Assembly: GCA_964016885.1 (NCBI GenBank) | Contig: OZ024751.1 | Coordinates: 45,942,001 to 46,006,000 of the forward strand | From: Eledone cirrhosa | Taxonomy: Eukaryota | Direction of reading: 5' to 3' | Length of the DNA stretch: 64,000 bases | Shown: in pieces, positions 42,101 through 56,000 of the stretch | How the letters are laid out: every line of letters starts with the position of its first letter | Position numbering within the stretch: position 1 is the stretch's first letter | Program-made: the position numbers and the translations under genes | The notes under the pieces: model-generated | Seen by the model: the letters and a program-made list of their open reading frames with translations, nothing else | Databases searched by the model: none | What the model was told of the DNA's origin: nothing

Positions 42101-43419
42101 GGCTGTGTATGGAGTCCTCCATGACAATACAACTAACTGTAGGCTGTGTATGGAGTCCTCTATGACAATACAACTAACTGTAGACTGTGTATGGAGTCCT
42201 CTATGACAATACAAGTAACTGTAGGCTGTGTATGGAGTCCTCTATGACAATACAACAAACTGTAGGCTGTGTATGGTGTCCTCTATGAAAATACAACTAA
42301 CTGTAGGGTGTGTATGGAGTCCTCTATGGCAATACAACTAACTGTAGGCTGTGTATTGAGTCCTCTATGACGATAGAACTAACTGTAGGGTGTGTATGGA
42401 GTCCTCTATGACAATACAACTAACTGTAGGCTGTGTATGGAGTCCTCTATGACAATACAACTAACTGTAGGGTGTGTATGGAGTCCTCTATGACAATACA
42501 ACTAACTGTAGGGTGTGTATGGAGTCCTCTATGACAATACAACAAACTGTAGGCTGTGTATGGAGTCCTCTATGACAATACAACTAACTGTAGGGTGTGT
42601 ATGGAGTCCTCTATGACAATACAACTAACTGTAGGGTGTGTATGGAGTCCTCTATGACAATACAACAAACTGTAGGCTGTGTATGGAGTCCTCTATGAAA
42701 ATACAACTAACTGTAGGGTGTGTATGGAGTCCTCTATGACAATACAACTAACTGTAGGGTGTGTATGGAGTCCTCTATAACAATACAACTAACTGTAGGG
42801 TCTGTATGGAGTCCTCTATGACAATACAACTAACTGTAGGGTGTGTATGGAGTCCTCTATGACAATACAACTAACTGTAGGCTGTGTATGGAGTCCTCTA
42901 TGACAATACAACTAACTGTAGGGTGTGTATGGAGTCCTCTATGACAATACAACTAACTGCAGGGTGTGTATGGAGTCCTCTATGACAATACAACTAACTG
43001 TAGGGTGTGTATGGAGTCCTCTATGAAAATACAACTAACTGTAGGCTGTGTATGGTGTCCTCTATGACAATACAACTAGCTGTAGGGTGTGTATGGAGTC
43101 CTCTATGACAATACAACTAACTGTAGGCTGTGTATGGAATCCTCTATGACAATACAACTAACTGTAGGCTGTGTATGGAGTCCTCTATGACAATACAACT
43201 AACTGTAGACTGTGTATGGAGTCCTCTATGACAATACAACTAACTGTAGGGTGTGTATGGAGTCCTCTATGACAATACAACAAACTGTAGGCTGTGTATG
43301 GAGTCCTCTATGACAATACAACAAACTGTAGGCTGTGTATGGAGTCCTCTATGAAAATACAACTAACTGTAGGGTGTGTATGGAGTCCTCTATGACAATA
43401 CAACTAACTGTAGGCTGTG
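33170..43419. repeat. Near-tandem duplication of about 5 kb (33170-38171 and 38172-43419; offset 122 to 128 units)
   Basis: Marker units: CAATT at 33170/38172 (122 units); TGCAG at 33580/38623, AATATAAGT at 35179/40222 and TATAGAG at 36204/41247 (123); TATGGTG at 37106/42272 (126) and 37803/43051 (128). Confidence 0.85.
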
Positions 43420-44813
43420 TATGGAATCCTCTATGGCAATACAACTAACTGTAGGGTGTGTATGGAGTCCTCTATGAAAATACAACTAAATGTAGGGTGT
43501 GTATGGAGTCCTCTATGACAATACAACTAACTGTAGGCTGTGTATGGAGTCCTCTGTGACAATACAACTAACTGTAGGCTGTGTATGGAGTCCTCTATGA
43601 AAATACAACTAACTGTAGTGTGTGTATGGAGTCCTCTATGACAATACAACTAACTGTAGGCTGTGTATGGAATCCTCTATGACAATACAACTAACTGTAG
43701 GTTGTGTATGGAGTCCTCTATGACAATACAACTAACTGTAGGGTGTGTATGGAGTCCTCTATGACAATACAACTAACTGTAGGGTGTGTATGGAGTCCTC
43801 TATGACAATACAACTAACTGTACGCTGTGTATGGAGTCCTCTATGAAAATACAACTAACTGTAGGGTGTGTATGGAGTCCTCTATGACAATACAACTAAC
43901 TGTAGGCTGTGTATGGAGTCATCTATGACAATACACCTAACTGTAGGGTGTGTATGGAGTCCTCTATGGCAATACAACTAACTGTAGACTGTGTATGGAG
44001 TCCTCTATGACAATACAACTAACTGTAGGCTGTGTATGGAGTCCTCTATGACAATACAACTAACTGTACGCTGTGTATGGAGTCCTCTATGAGAATACAA
44101 CTAACTGTAGGGTGTGTATGGAGTCCTCTATGGCAATACAACTAACTGTAGACTGTGTATGGAGTCCTCTATGACAATACAACTAACTGTAGGTTGTGTA
44201 TGGAGTCCTCTATGACAATACAACTAACTGTAGGTTGTGTATGGAGTCCTCTATGACAATACAACTAACTGTAGGGTGTGTATGGAGTCCTCTATGACAA
44301 TACAACTAACTGTAGGCTGTGTATGGAGTCCTCTATGAAAATACAACTAACTGTAGACTGTGTATGGAGTCCTCTATGACAATACAACTAACTGTAGGGT
44401 GTGTATGGAGTCATCTATGACAATACAACTAACTGTAGACTGTGTATGGAGTCCTCTATGACAATACAACTAACTGTAGGGTGTGTATGGAATCCTCTAT
44501 GACAATACAACTAACTGTAGGGTGTGTATGGAGTCCTCTATGACAATACAACTAACTGTAGGGTGTGTATGGAGTCCTCTATGACAATACAACTAACTGT
44601 AGGGTGTGTATGGAGTCCTCTATGACAATACAACTAACTGTAGGCTGTGTATGGAGTCCTCTATGACAATACAACTAACTCTAGGGTGTGTATGGAGTCC
44701 TCTATGACGTTACACCTAACTGTAGACTGTGTATGGAGTCCTCTATGACAATACAACAAACTGTAGGCTGTGTATGGAGTCCTCTATGACAATACAACTA
44801 ACTGTAGACTGTG

Positions 44814-47800
44814 TATGGAGTCCTCTATGACAATACACCTAACTGTAGGGTGTGTATGGAGTCCTCTATGACAATACAACTAACTGTAGGCTGTGTATGG
44901 AGTCCTCTATGAAAATACAACTAACTGTAGGATGTGTATGGAGTCCTCTATGAAAATATAACTAACTGTAGACTGTGTATGGAGTCCTCTATGACAATAC
45001 ACCTAACTGTAGGCTGTGTATGGAGTCCTCTATGAAAATACAACTAACTGTAGACTGTGTATGGAGTCCTCTATGACAATACACCTAACTGTAGGGTGTG
45101 TATGGAGTCCTCCATGACAATACAACTAACTGTAGTGTGTGTATGGAGTCCTCTATGGCAATACAACTAACTGTAGGCTGTGTATTGAGTCCTCTATGAC
45201 GATAGAACTAACTGTAGGGTGTGTATGGAGTCCTCTATGACAATACAACTAACTGTAGGCTGTGTATGGAGTCCTCTATGACAATACAACTAACTGTAGG
45301 GTGTGTATGGAGTCCTCTATGACAATACAACTAACTGTAGGGTGTGTATGGAGTCCTCTATGACAATACAACAAACTGTAGGCTGTGTATGGAGTCCTCT
45401 ATGACAATACAACTAACTGTAGGGTGTGTATGGAGTCCTCTATGACAATACAACTAACTGTAGGGTGTGTATGGAGTCCTCTATGACAATACAACAAACT
45501 GTAGGCTGTGTATGGAGTCCTCTATGAAAATACAACTAACTGTAGGGTGTGTATGGAGTCCTCTATGACAATACAACTAACTGTAGGGTGTGTATGGAGT
45601 CCTCTATAACAATACAACTAACTGTAGGGTCTGTATGGAGTCCTCTATGACAATACAACTAACTGTAGGGTGTGTATGGAGTCCTCTATGACAATACAAC
45701 TAACTGTAGGCTGTGTATGGAGTCCTCTATGACAATACAACTAACTGTAGGGTGTGTATGGAGTCCTCTATGACAATACAACTAACTGCAGGGTGTGTAT
45801 GGAGTCCTCTATGACAATACAACTAACTGTAGGGTGTGTATGGAGTCCTCTATGAAAATACAACTAACTGTAGGCTGTGTATGGTGTCCTCTATGACAAT
45901 ACAACTAACTGTAGGGTGTGTATGGAGTCCTCTATGACAATACAACTAACTGTAGGCTGTGTATGGAATCCTCTATGACAATACAACTAACTGTAGGCTG
46001 TGTATGGAGTCCTCTATGACAATACAACTAACTGTAGACTGTGTATGGAGTCCTCTATGACAATACAACTAACTGTAGGGTGTGTATGGAGTCCTCTATG
46101 ACAATACAACAAACTGTAGGCTGTGTATGGAGTCCTCTATGACAATACAACAAACTGTAGGCTGTGTATGGAGTCCTCTATGAAAATACAACTAACTGTA
46201 GGGTGTGTATGGAGTCCTCTATGACAATACAACTAACTGTAGGCTGTGTATGGAATCCTCTATGGCAATACAACTAACTGTAGGGTGTGTATGGAGTCCT
46301 CTATGAAAATACAACTAACTGTAGGGTGTGTATGGAGTCCTCTATGACAATACAACTAACTGTAGGCTGTGTATGGAGTCCTCTGTGACAATACAACTAA
46401 CTGTAGGCTGTGTATGGAGTCCTCTATGAAAATACAACTAACTGTAGTGTGTGTATGGAGTCCTCTATGACAATACAACTAACTGTAGGCTGTGTATGGA
46501 ATCCTCTATGACAATACAACTAACTGTAGGTTGTGTATGGAGTCCTCTATGACAATACAACTAACTGTAGGGTGTGTATGGAGTCCTCTATGACAATACA
46601 ACTAACTGTAGGGTGTGTATGGAGTCCTCTATGACAATACAACTAACTGTACGCTGTGTATGGAGTCCTCTATGAAAATACAACTAACTGTAGGGTGTGT
46701 ATGGAGTCCTCTATGACAATACAACTAACTGTAGGCTGTGTATGGAGTCATCTATGACAATACACCTAACTGTAGGGTGTGTATGGAGTCCTCTATGGCA
46801 ATACAACTAACTGTAGACTGTGTATGGAGTCCTCTATGACAATACAACTAACTGTAGGCTGTGTATGGAGTCCTCTATGACAATACAACTAACTGTACGC
46901 TGTGTATGGAGTCCTCTATGAGAATACAACTAACTGTAGGGTGTGTATGGAGTCCTCTATGGCAATACAACTAACTGTAGACTGTGTATGGAGTCCTCTA
47001 TGACAATACAACTAACTGTAGGTTGTGTATGGAGTCCTCTATGACAATACAACTAACTGTAGGTTGTGTATGGAGTCCTCTATGACAATACAACTAACTG
47101 TAGGCTGTGTATGGAGTCCTCTATGAAAATACAACTAACTGTAGGGTGTGTATGGAGTCCTCTATGACAATACAACTAACTGTAGGGTGTGTATGGAGTC
47201 ATCTATGACAATACAACTAACTGTAGACTGTGTATGGAGTCCTCTATGACAATACACCTAACTGTAGGGTGTGTATGGAGTCCTCCATGACAATACAACT
47301 AACTGTAGGCTGTGTATGGAGTCCTCTATGACAATACAACTAACTGTAGACTGTGTATGGAGTCCTCTATGACAATACAAGTAACTGTAGGCTGTGTATG
47401 GAGTCCTCTATGACAATACAACAAACTGTAGGCTGTGTATGGAGTCCTCTATGAAAATACAACTAACTGTAGGGTGAGTATGGAGTCCTCTATGGCAATA
47501 CAACTAACTGTAGGCTGTGTATTGAGTCCTCTATGACGATAGAACTAACTGTAGGGTGTGTATGGAGTCCTCTATGACGATACAACTAACTGTAGGCTGT
47601 GTATGGAGTCCTCTATGACAATACAACTAACTGTAGGGTGTGTATGGAGTCCTCTATGACAATACAACTAACTGTAGGGTGTGTATGGAGTCCTCTATGA
47701 CAATACAACAAACTGTAGGCTGTGTATGGAGTCCTCTATGACAATACAACTAACTGTAGGGTGTGTATGGAGTCCTCTATGACAATACAACTAACTGTAG

Positions 47801-50800
47801 GGTGTGTATGGAGTCCTCTATGACAATACAACAAACTGTAGGCTGTGTATGGAGTCCTCTATGAAAATACAACTAACTGTAGGGTGTGTATGGAGTCCTC
47901 TATGACAATACAACTAACTGTAGGGTGTGTATGGAGTCCTCTATGACAATACAACTAACTGTAGGGTCTGTATGGAGTCCTCTATGACAATACAACTAAC
48001 TGTAGGGTGTGTATGGAGTCCTCTATGACAATACAACTAACTGTAGGCTGTGTATGGAGTCCTCTATGACAATACAACTAACTGTAGGGTGTGTATGGAG
48101 TCCTCTATGACAATACAACTAACTGTAGGGTGTGTATGGAGTCCTCTATGACAATACAACTAACTGTAGGGTGTGTATGGAGTCCTCTATGAAAATACAA
48201 CTAACTGTAGGGTGTGTATGGAGTCCTCTATGACAATACAACTAACTGTAGGGTGTGTATGGAGTCCTCTATGACAATACAACAAACTGTAGGCTGTGTA
48301 TGGAGTCCTCTATGACGATACAACTAACTGTAGGCTGTGTATGGAGTCCTCTATGACAATACAACTAACTGTACGCTGTGTATGGAGTCCTCTATGAAAA
48401 TACAACTAACTGTAGGGTGTGTATGGAGTCCTCTATGACAATACAACTAACTGTAGGCTGTGTATGGAGTCATCTATGACAATACACCTAACTGTAGGGT
48501 GTGTATGGAGTCCTCTATGGCAATACAACTAACTGTAGACTGTGTATGGAGTCCTCTATGACAATACACCTAACTGTAGGGTGTGTATGGAGTCCTCTAT
48601 GACAATACACCTAACTGTAGGGTGTGTATGGAGTCCTCTATGACAATACAACTAACGGTAGGGTGTGTATGGAGTCCTCTATGACGATACACCTAACTGT
48701 AGGCTGTGTATGGAGTCCTCTATGAAAATACAACTAACTGTAGACTGTGTATGGAGTCCTCTATGACAATACACCTAACTGTAGGGTGTGTATGGAGTCC
48801 TCTATGACAATACAACTAACTGTAGGCTGTGTATGGAGTCCTCTATGAAAATACAACTAACTGTAGGATGTGTATGGAGTCCTCTATGAAAATATAACTA
48901 ACTGTAGACTGTGTATGGAGTCCTCTATGACAATACACCTAACTGTAGGCTGTGTATGGAGTCCTCTATGAAAATACAACTAACTGTAGACTGTGTATGG
49001 AGTCCTCTATGACAATACACCTAACTGTAGGGTGTGTATGGAGTCCTCCATGACAATACAACTAACTGTAGTGTGTGTATGGAGTCCTCTATGGCAATAC
49101 AACTAACTGTAGGCTGTGTATTGAGTCCTCTATGACGATAGAACTAACTGTAGGGTGTGTATGGAGTCCTCTATGACAATACAACTAACTGTAGGCTGTG
49201 TATGGAGTCCTCTATGACAATACAACTAACTGTAGGGTGTGTATGGAGTCCTCTATGACAATACAACTAACTGTAGGGTGTGTATGGAGTCCTCTATGAC
49301 AATACAACAAACTGTAGGCTGTGTATGGAGTCCTCTATGACAATACAACTAACTGTAGGGTGTGTATGGAGTCCTCTATGACAATACAACTAACTGTAGG
49401 GTGTGTATGGAGTCCTCTATGACAATACAACAAACTGTAGGCTGTGTATGGAGTCCTCTATGAAAATACAACTAACTGTAGGGTGTGTATGGAGTCCTCT
49501 ATGACAATACAACTAACTGTAGGGTGTGTATGGAGTCCTCTATAACAATACAACTAACTGTAGGGTCTGTATGGAGTCCTCTATGACAATACAACTAACT
49601 GTAGGGTGTGTATGGAGTCCTCTATGACAATACAACTAACTGTAGGCTGTGTATGGAGTCCTCTATGACAATACAACTAACTGTAGGGTGTGTATGGAGT
49701 CCTCTATGACAATACAACTAACTGCAGGGTGTGTATGGAGTCCTCTATGACAATACAACTAACTGTAGGGTGTGTATGGAGTCCTCTATGAAAATACAAC
49801 TAACTGTAGGCTGTGTATGGTGTCCTCTATGACAATACAACTAACTGTAGGGTGTGTATGGAGTCCTCTATGACAATACAACTAACTGTAGGCTGTGTAT
49901 GGAATCCTCTATGACAATACAACTAACTGTAGGCTGTGTATGGAGTCCTCTATGACAATACAACTAACTGTAGACTGTGTATGGAGTCCTCTATGACAAT
50001 ACAACTAACTGTAGGGTGTGTATGGAGTCCTCTATGACAATACAACAAACTGTAGGCTGTGTATGGAGTCCTCTATGACAATACAACAAACTGTAGGCTG
50101 TGTATGGAGTCCTCTATGAAAATACAACTAACTGTAGGGTGTGTATGGAGTCCTCTATGACAATACAACTAACTGTAGGCTGTGTATGGAATCCTCTATG
50201 GCAATACAACTAACTGTAGGGTGTGTATGGAGTCCTCTATGAAAATACAACTAACTGTAGGGTGTGTATGGAGTCCTCTATGACAATACAACTAACTGTA
50301 GGCTGTGTATGGAGTCCTCTGTGACAATACAACTAACTGTAGGCTGTGTATGGAGTCCTCTATGAAAATACAACTAACTGTAGTGTGTGTATGGAGTCCT
50401 CTATGACAATACAACTAACTGTAGGCTGTGTATGGAATCCTCTATGACAATACAACTAACTGTAGGTTGTGTATGGAGTCCTCTATGACAATACAACTAA
50501 CTGTAGGGTGTGTATGGAGTCCTCTATGACAATACAACTAACTGTAGGGTGTGTATGGAGTCCTCTATGACAATACAACTAACTGTACGCTGTGTATGGA
50601 GTCCTCTATGAAAATACAACTAACTGTAGGGTGTGTATGGAGTCCTCTATGACAATACAACTAACTGTAGGCTGTGTATGGAGTCATCTATGACAATACA
50701 CCTAACTGTAGGGTGTGTATGGAGTCCTCTATGGCAATACAACTAACTGTAGACTGTGTATGGAGTCCTCTATGACAATACAACTAACTGTAGGCTGTGT

Positions 50801-53054
50801 ATGGAGTCCTCTATGACAATACAACTAACTGTACGCTGTGTATGGAGTCCTCTATGAGAATACAACTAACTGTAGGGTGTGTATGGAGTCCTCTATGGCA
50901 ATACAACTAACTGTAGACTGTGTATGGAGTCCTCTATGACAATACAACTAACTGTAGGTTGTGTATGGAGTCCTCTATGACAATACAACTAACTGTAGGT
51001 TGTGTATGGAGTCCTCTATGACAATACAACTAACTGTAGGTTGTGTATGGAGTCCTCTATGACAATACAACTAACTGTAGGCTGTGTATGGAGTCCTCTA
51101 TGAAAATACAACTAACTGTAGACTGTGTATGGAGTCCTCTATGACAATACAACTAACTGTAGGGTGTGTATGGAGTCATCTATGACAATACAACTAACTG
51201 TAGACTGTGTATGGAGTCCTCTATGACAATACACCTAACTGTAGGGTGTGTATGGAGTCCTCCATGACAATACAACTAACTGTAGGCTGTGTATGGAGTC
51301 CTCTATGACAATACAACTAACTGTAGACTGTGTATGGAGTCCTCTATGACAATACAAGTAACTGTAGGCTGTGTATGGAGTCCTCTATGACAATACAACA
51401 AACTGTAGGCTGTGTATGGAGTCCTCTATGAAAATACAACTAACTGTAGGGTGAGTATGGAGTCCTCTATGGCAATACAACTAACTGTAGGCTGTGTATT
51501 GAGTCCTCTATGACGATAGAACTAACTGTAGGGTGTGTATGGAGTCCTCTATGACGATACAACTAACTGTAGGCTGTGTATGGAGTCCTCTATGACAATA
51601 CAACTAACTGTAGGGTGTGTATGGAGTCCTCTATGACAATACAACTAACTGTAGGGTGTGTATGGAGTCCTCTATGACAATACAACAAACTGTAGGCTGT
51701 GTATGGAGTCCTCTATGACAATACAACTAACTGTAGGGTGTGTATGGAGTCCTCTATGACAATACAACTAACTGTAGGGTGTGTATGGAGTCCTCTATGA
51801 CAATACAACAAACTGTAGGCTGTGTATGGAGTCCTCTATGAAAATACAACTAACTGTAGGGTGTGTATGGAGTCCTCTATGACAATACAACTAACTGTAG
51901 GGTGTGTATGGAGTCCTCTATGACAATACAACTAACTGTAGGGTCTGTATGGAGTCCTCTATGACAATACAACTAACTGTAGGGTGTGTATGGAGTCCTC
52001 TATGACAATACAACTAACTGTAGGCTGTGTATGGAGTCCTCTATGACAATACAACTAACTGTAGGGTGTGTATGGAGTCCTCTATGACAATACAACTAAC
52101 TGTAGGGTGTGTATGGAGTCCTCTATGACAATACAACTAACTGTAGGGTGTGTATGGAGTCCTCTATGAAAATACAACTAACTGTAGGGTGTGTATGGAG
52201 TCCTCTATGACAATACAACTAACTGTAGGCTGTGTATGGAGTCCTCTATGACAATACAACTAACTGTAGGGTGTGTATGGAATCCTCTATGACAATACAA
52301 CTAACTGTAGGGTGTGTATGGAGTCCTCTATGACAATACAACTAACTGTAGGGTGTGTATGGAGTCCTCTATGACAATACAACTAACTGTAGGGTGTGTA
52401 TGGAGTCCTCTATGACAATACAACTAACTGTAGGCTGTGTATGGAGTCCTCTATGACAATACAACTAACTCTAGGGTGTGTATGGAGTCCTCTATGACGT
52501 TACACCTAACTGTAGACTGTGTATGGAGTCCTCTATGACAATACAACAAACTGTAGGCTGTGTATGGAGTCCTCTATGACAATACAACAAACTGTAGGCT
52601 GTGTATGGAGTCCTCTATGACGATACAACTAACTGTAGGCTGTGTATGGAGTCCTCTATGACAATACAACTAACTGTACGCTGTGTATGGAGTCCTCTAT
52701 GAAAATACAACTAACTGTAGGGTGTGTATGGAGTCCTCTATGACAATACAACTAACTGTAGGCTGTGTATGGAGTCATCTATGACAATACACCTAACTGT
52801 AGGGTGTGTATGGAGTCCTCTATGGCAATACAACTAACTGTAGACTGTGTATGGAGTCCTCTATGACAATACACCTAACTGTAGGGTGTGTATGGAGTCC
52901 TCTATGACAATACACCTAACTGTAGGGTGTGTATGGAGTCCTCTATGACAATACAACTAACTGTAGGGTGTGTATGGAGTCCTCTATGACGATACACCTA
53001 ACTGTAGGCTGTGTATGGAGTCCTCTATGAAAATACAACTAACTGTAGACTGTG
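44814..53054. repeat. Near-tandem duplication of about 4 kb (44814-48749 and 48750-53054; offset 96 to 105 units)
   Basis: TAGGATG units at 44896/48832 (96 units) and 53137 (a further 105), CTCTGTG units at 46372/50308 (96), GGGTGAG units at 47438/51415 (97), GACGATACACCT units at 48668/52973 (105). Confidence 0.8.
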
Positions 53055-56000
53055 TATGGAGTCCTCTATGACAATACACCTAACTGTAGGGTGTGTATGG
53101 AGTCCTCTATGACAATACAACTAACTGTAGGCTGTGTATGGAGTCCTCTATGAAAATACAACTAACTGTAGGATGTGTATGGAGTCCTCTATGAAAATAT
53201 AACTAACTGTAGACTGTGTATGGAGTCCTCTATGACAATACACCTAACTGTAGGCTGTGTATGGAGTCCTCTATGAAAATACAACTAACTGTAGACTGTG
53301 TATGGAGTCCTCTATGACAATACACCTAACTGTAGGGTGTGTATGGAGTCCTCCATGACAATACAACTAACTGTAGGCTGTGTATGGAGTACTCTATGAC
53401 AATACAACTAACTGTAGACTGTGTATGGAGTCCTCTATGACAATACAAGTAACTGTAGGCTGTGTATGGAGTCCTCTATGACAATACAACTAACTGTAGG
53501 CTGTGTATGGAGTCCTCTATGACAATACAACTAACTGTAGGCTATGTATGGAGTCCTCTATGACAATACAACTAACTGTAGGCTGTGTATGGAGTCCTCT
53601 ATGACAATACAACTAACTGTAGTCTGTGTGTGGAGTCCTCTATGACAATACAACTAACTGTAGGGTCTGTATGGAGTCCTCTATGACAATACAACTAACT
53701 GTAGGGTGTGTATGGAGTCCTCTATGGCAATACAACTAACTGTAGGCTGTGTATGGAGTCCTCTATGACAATACAAGTAACTGTAGGCTGTGTATGGAGT
53801 CCTCTATGACAATACAACTAACTGTAGGGTGTGTATGGAGTCCTCTATGACAATACAACTAACTGTAGGGTGTGTATGGAGTCCTCTATGACAATACACC
53901 TAACTGTAGGCTGTGTATGGAGTCCTCCATGACAATACAACTAACTGTAGGCTGTGTATGGAGTCCTCTATGACAATACAACTAACTGTAGGCTGTGTAT
54001 GGAGTCCTCCATGACAATACAACTAACTGTAGGCTGTGTATGGAGTCCTCTATGACAATACAACTAACTGTAGGCTGTGTATGGAGTCCTCTATGACAAT
54101 ACACCTAACTGTAGGCTGTGTATGGAGTCCTCCATGACAATACAACTAACTGTAGGCTGTGTATGGAGTCCTCTATGGCAATACAACTAACTGTAGGCTG
54201 TGTATTGAGTCCTCTATGACGATAGAACTAACTGTAGGGTGTGTATGGAGTCCTCTATGACAATACAACTAACTGTAGGCTGTGTATGGAGTCCTCTATG
54301 ACAATACAACTAACTGTAGGCTGTGTATGGAGTCCTCTATGACAATACAACTAACTGTAGGCTGTGTATGGAGTCCTCTATGACAATACAACAAACTGTA
54401 GGCTGTGTATGGAGTCCTCTATGACAATACAACTAACTGTAGGGTGTGTATGGAGTCCTCTATCACGATACAACTAACTGTAGGGTGTGTATGGAGTCCT
54501 CTATGACAATACAACTAACTGTAGGCTGTGTATGGAGTCCTCTATGACAATACAATTAACTGTAGGGTGTGTATGTAGTCCTCTATGACAATACAACTAA
54601 CTGTAGGGTGTGTATGGAGTCCTCTATGACAATACAACAAACTGTAGGCTGTGTATGGAGTCCTCTATGAAAACACAACTAACTGTAGGGTGTGTATGGA
54701 GTCCTCTATGGCAATACAACTAACTGTAGGCTGTGTATTGAGTCCTCTATGACAATACAACTAACTGTAGGGTGTGTATGGAGTCCTCTATGACAATACA
54801 ACAAACTGTAGGCTGTGTATGGAGTCCTCTATGAAAATACAACTAACTGTAGGGTGTGTATGGAGTCCTCTATGACAATACAACTAACTGTAGGGTGTGT
54901 ATGGAGTCCTCTATGACAATACAACTAACTGTAGGGTCTGTATGGAGTCCTCTATGACAATACAACTAACTGTAGGGTGTGTATGGAGTCCTCTATGACA
55001 ATACAACTAACTGTAGGCTGTGTATGGAGTCCTCTATGACAATACAACTAACTGTAGGGTGTGTATGGAGTCCTCTATGACAATACAACTAACTGTAGGG
55101 TGTGTATGGAGTCCTCTATGACAATACAACTAACTGTAGGGTGTGTATGGAGTCCTCTATGAAAATACAACTAACTGTAGGGTGTGTATGGAGTCCTCTA
55201 TGACAATACAACTAACTGTAGGCTGTGTATGGAGTCCTCTATGACAATACAACTAACTGTAGGGTGTGTATGGAGTCCTCTATGACAATACAACTAACTG
55301 TAGGGTGTGTATGGAGTCCTCTATGACAATACAACTAACTGTAGGGTGTGTATGGAGTCCTCTATGACAATACAACTAACTGTAGGGTGTGTATGGAGTC
55401 CTCTATGACAATACAACTAACTGTAGGCTGTGTATGGAGTCCTCTATGACAATACAACAAACTGTAGGCTGTGTATGGAGTCCTCTATGACAATACAACT
55501 AACTGTAGGCTGTGTATGGAGTCCTCTATGACAATACAACTAACTGTAGGCTGTGTATGGAGTCCTCTATGAAAATACAACTAACTGTAGGGTGTGTATG
55601 GAGTCCTCTATGACAATACAACTAACTGTAGGCTGTGTATGGAGTCCTCTATGACAATACAACTAACTGTAGACTGTGTATGGAGTCCTCTATGGCAATA
55701 CAACTAACTGTAGGCTGTGTATGGAGTCCTCTATGACAATACAACTAACTGTAGACTGTGTATAGAGTCCTCTATGACAATACAACTAACCGTAGACTGT
55801 GTATGGTGTCCTCTATGGCAATACAACTAACTGTAGGCTGTGTATGGAGTCCTCTATGACAATACAACAAACTGTAGGCTGTGTATGGAGTCCTCTATGA
55901 CAATACAACTAACTGTAGGGTCTGTATGGAGTCCTCTATGACAATACAACAAACTGTAGGCTGTGTATGGAGTCCTCTATGACAATACAACTAACTGTAG

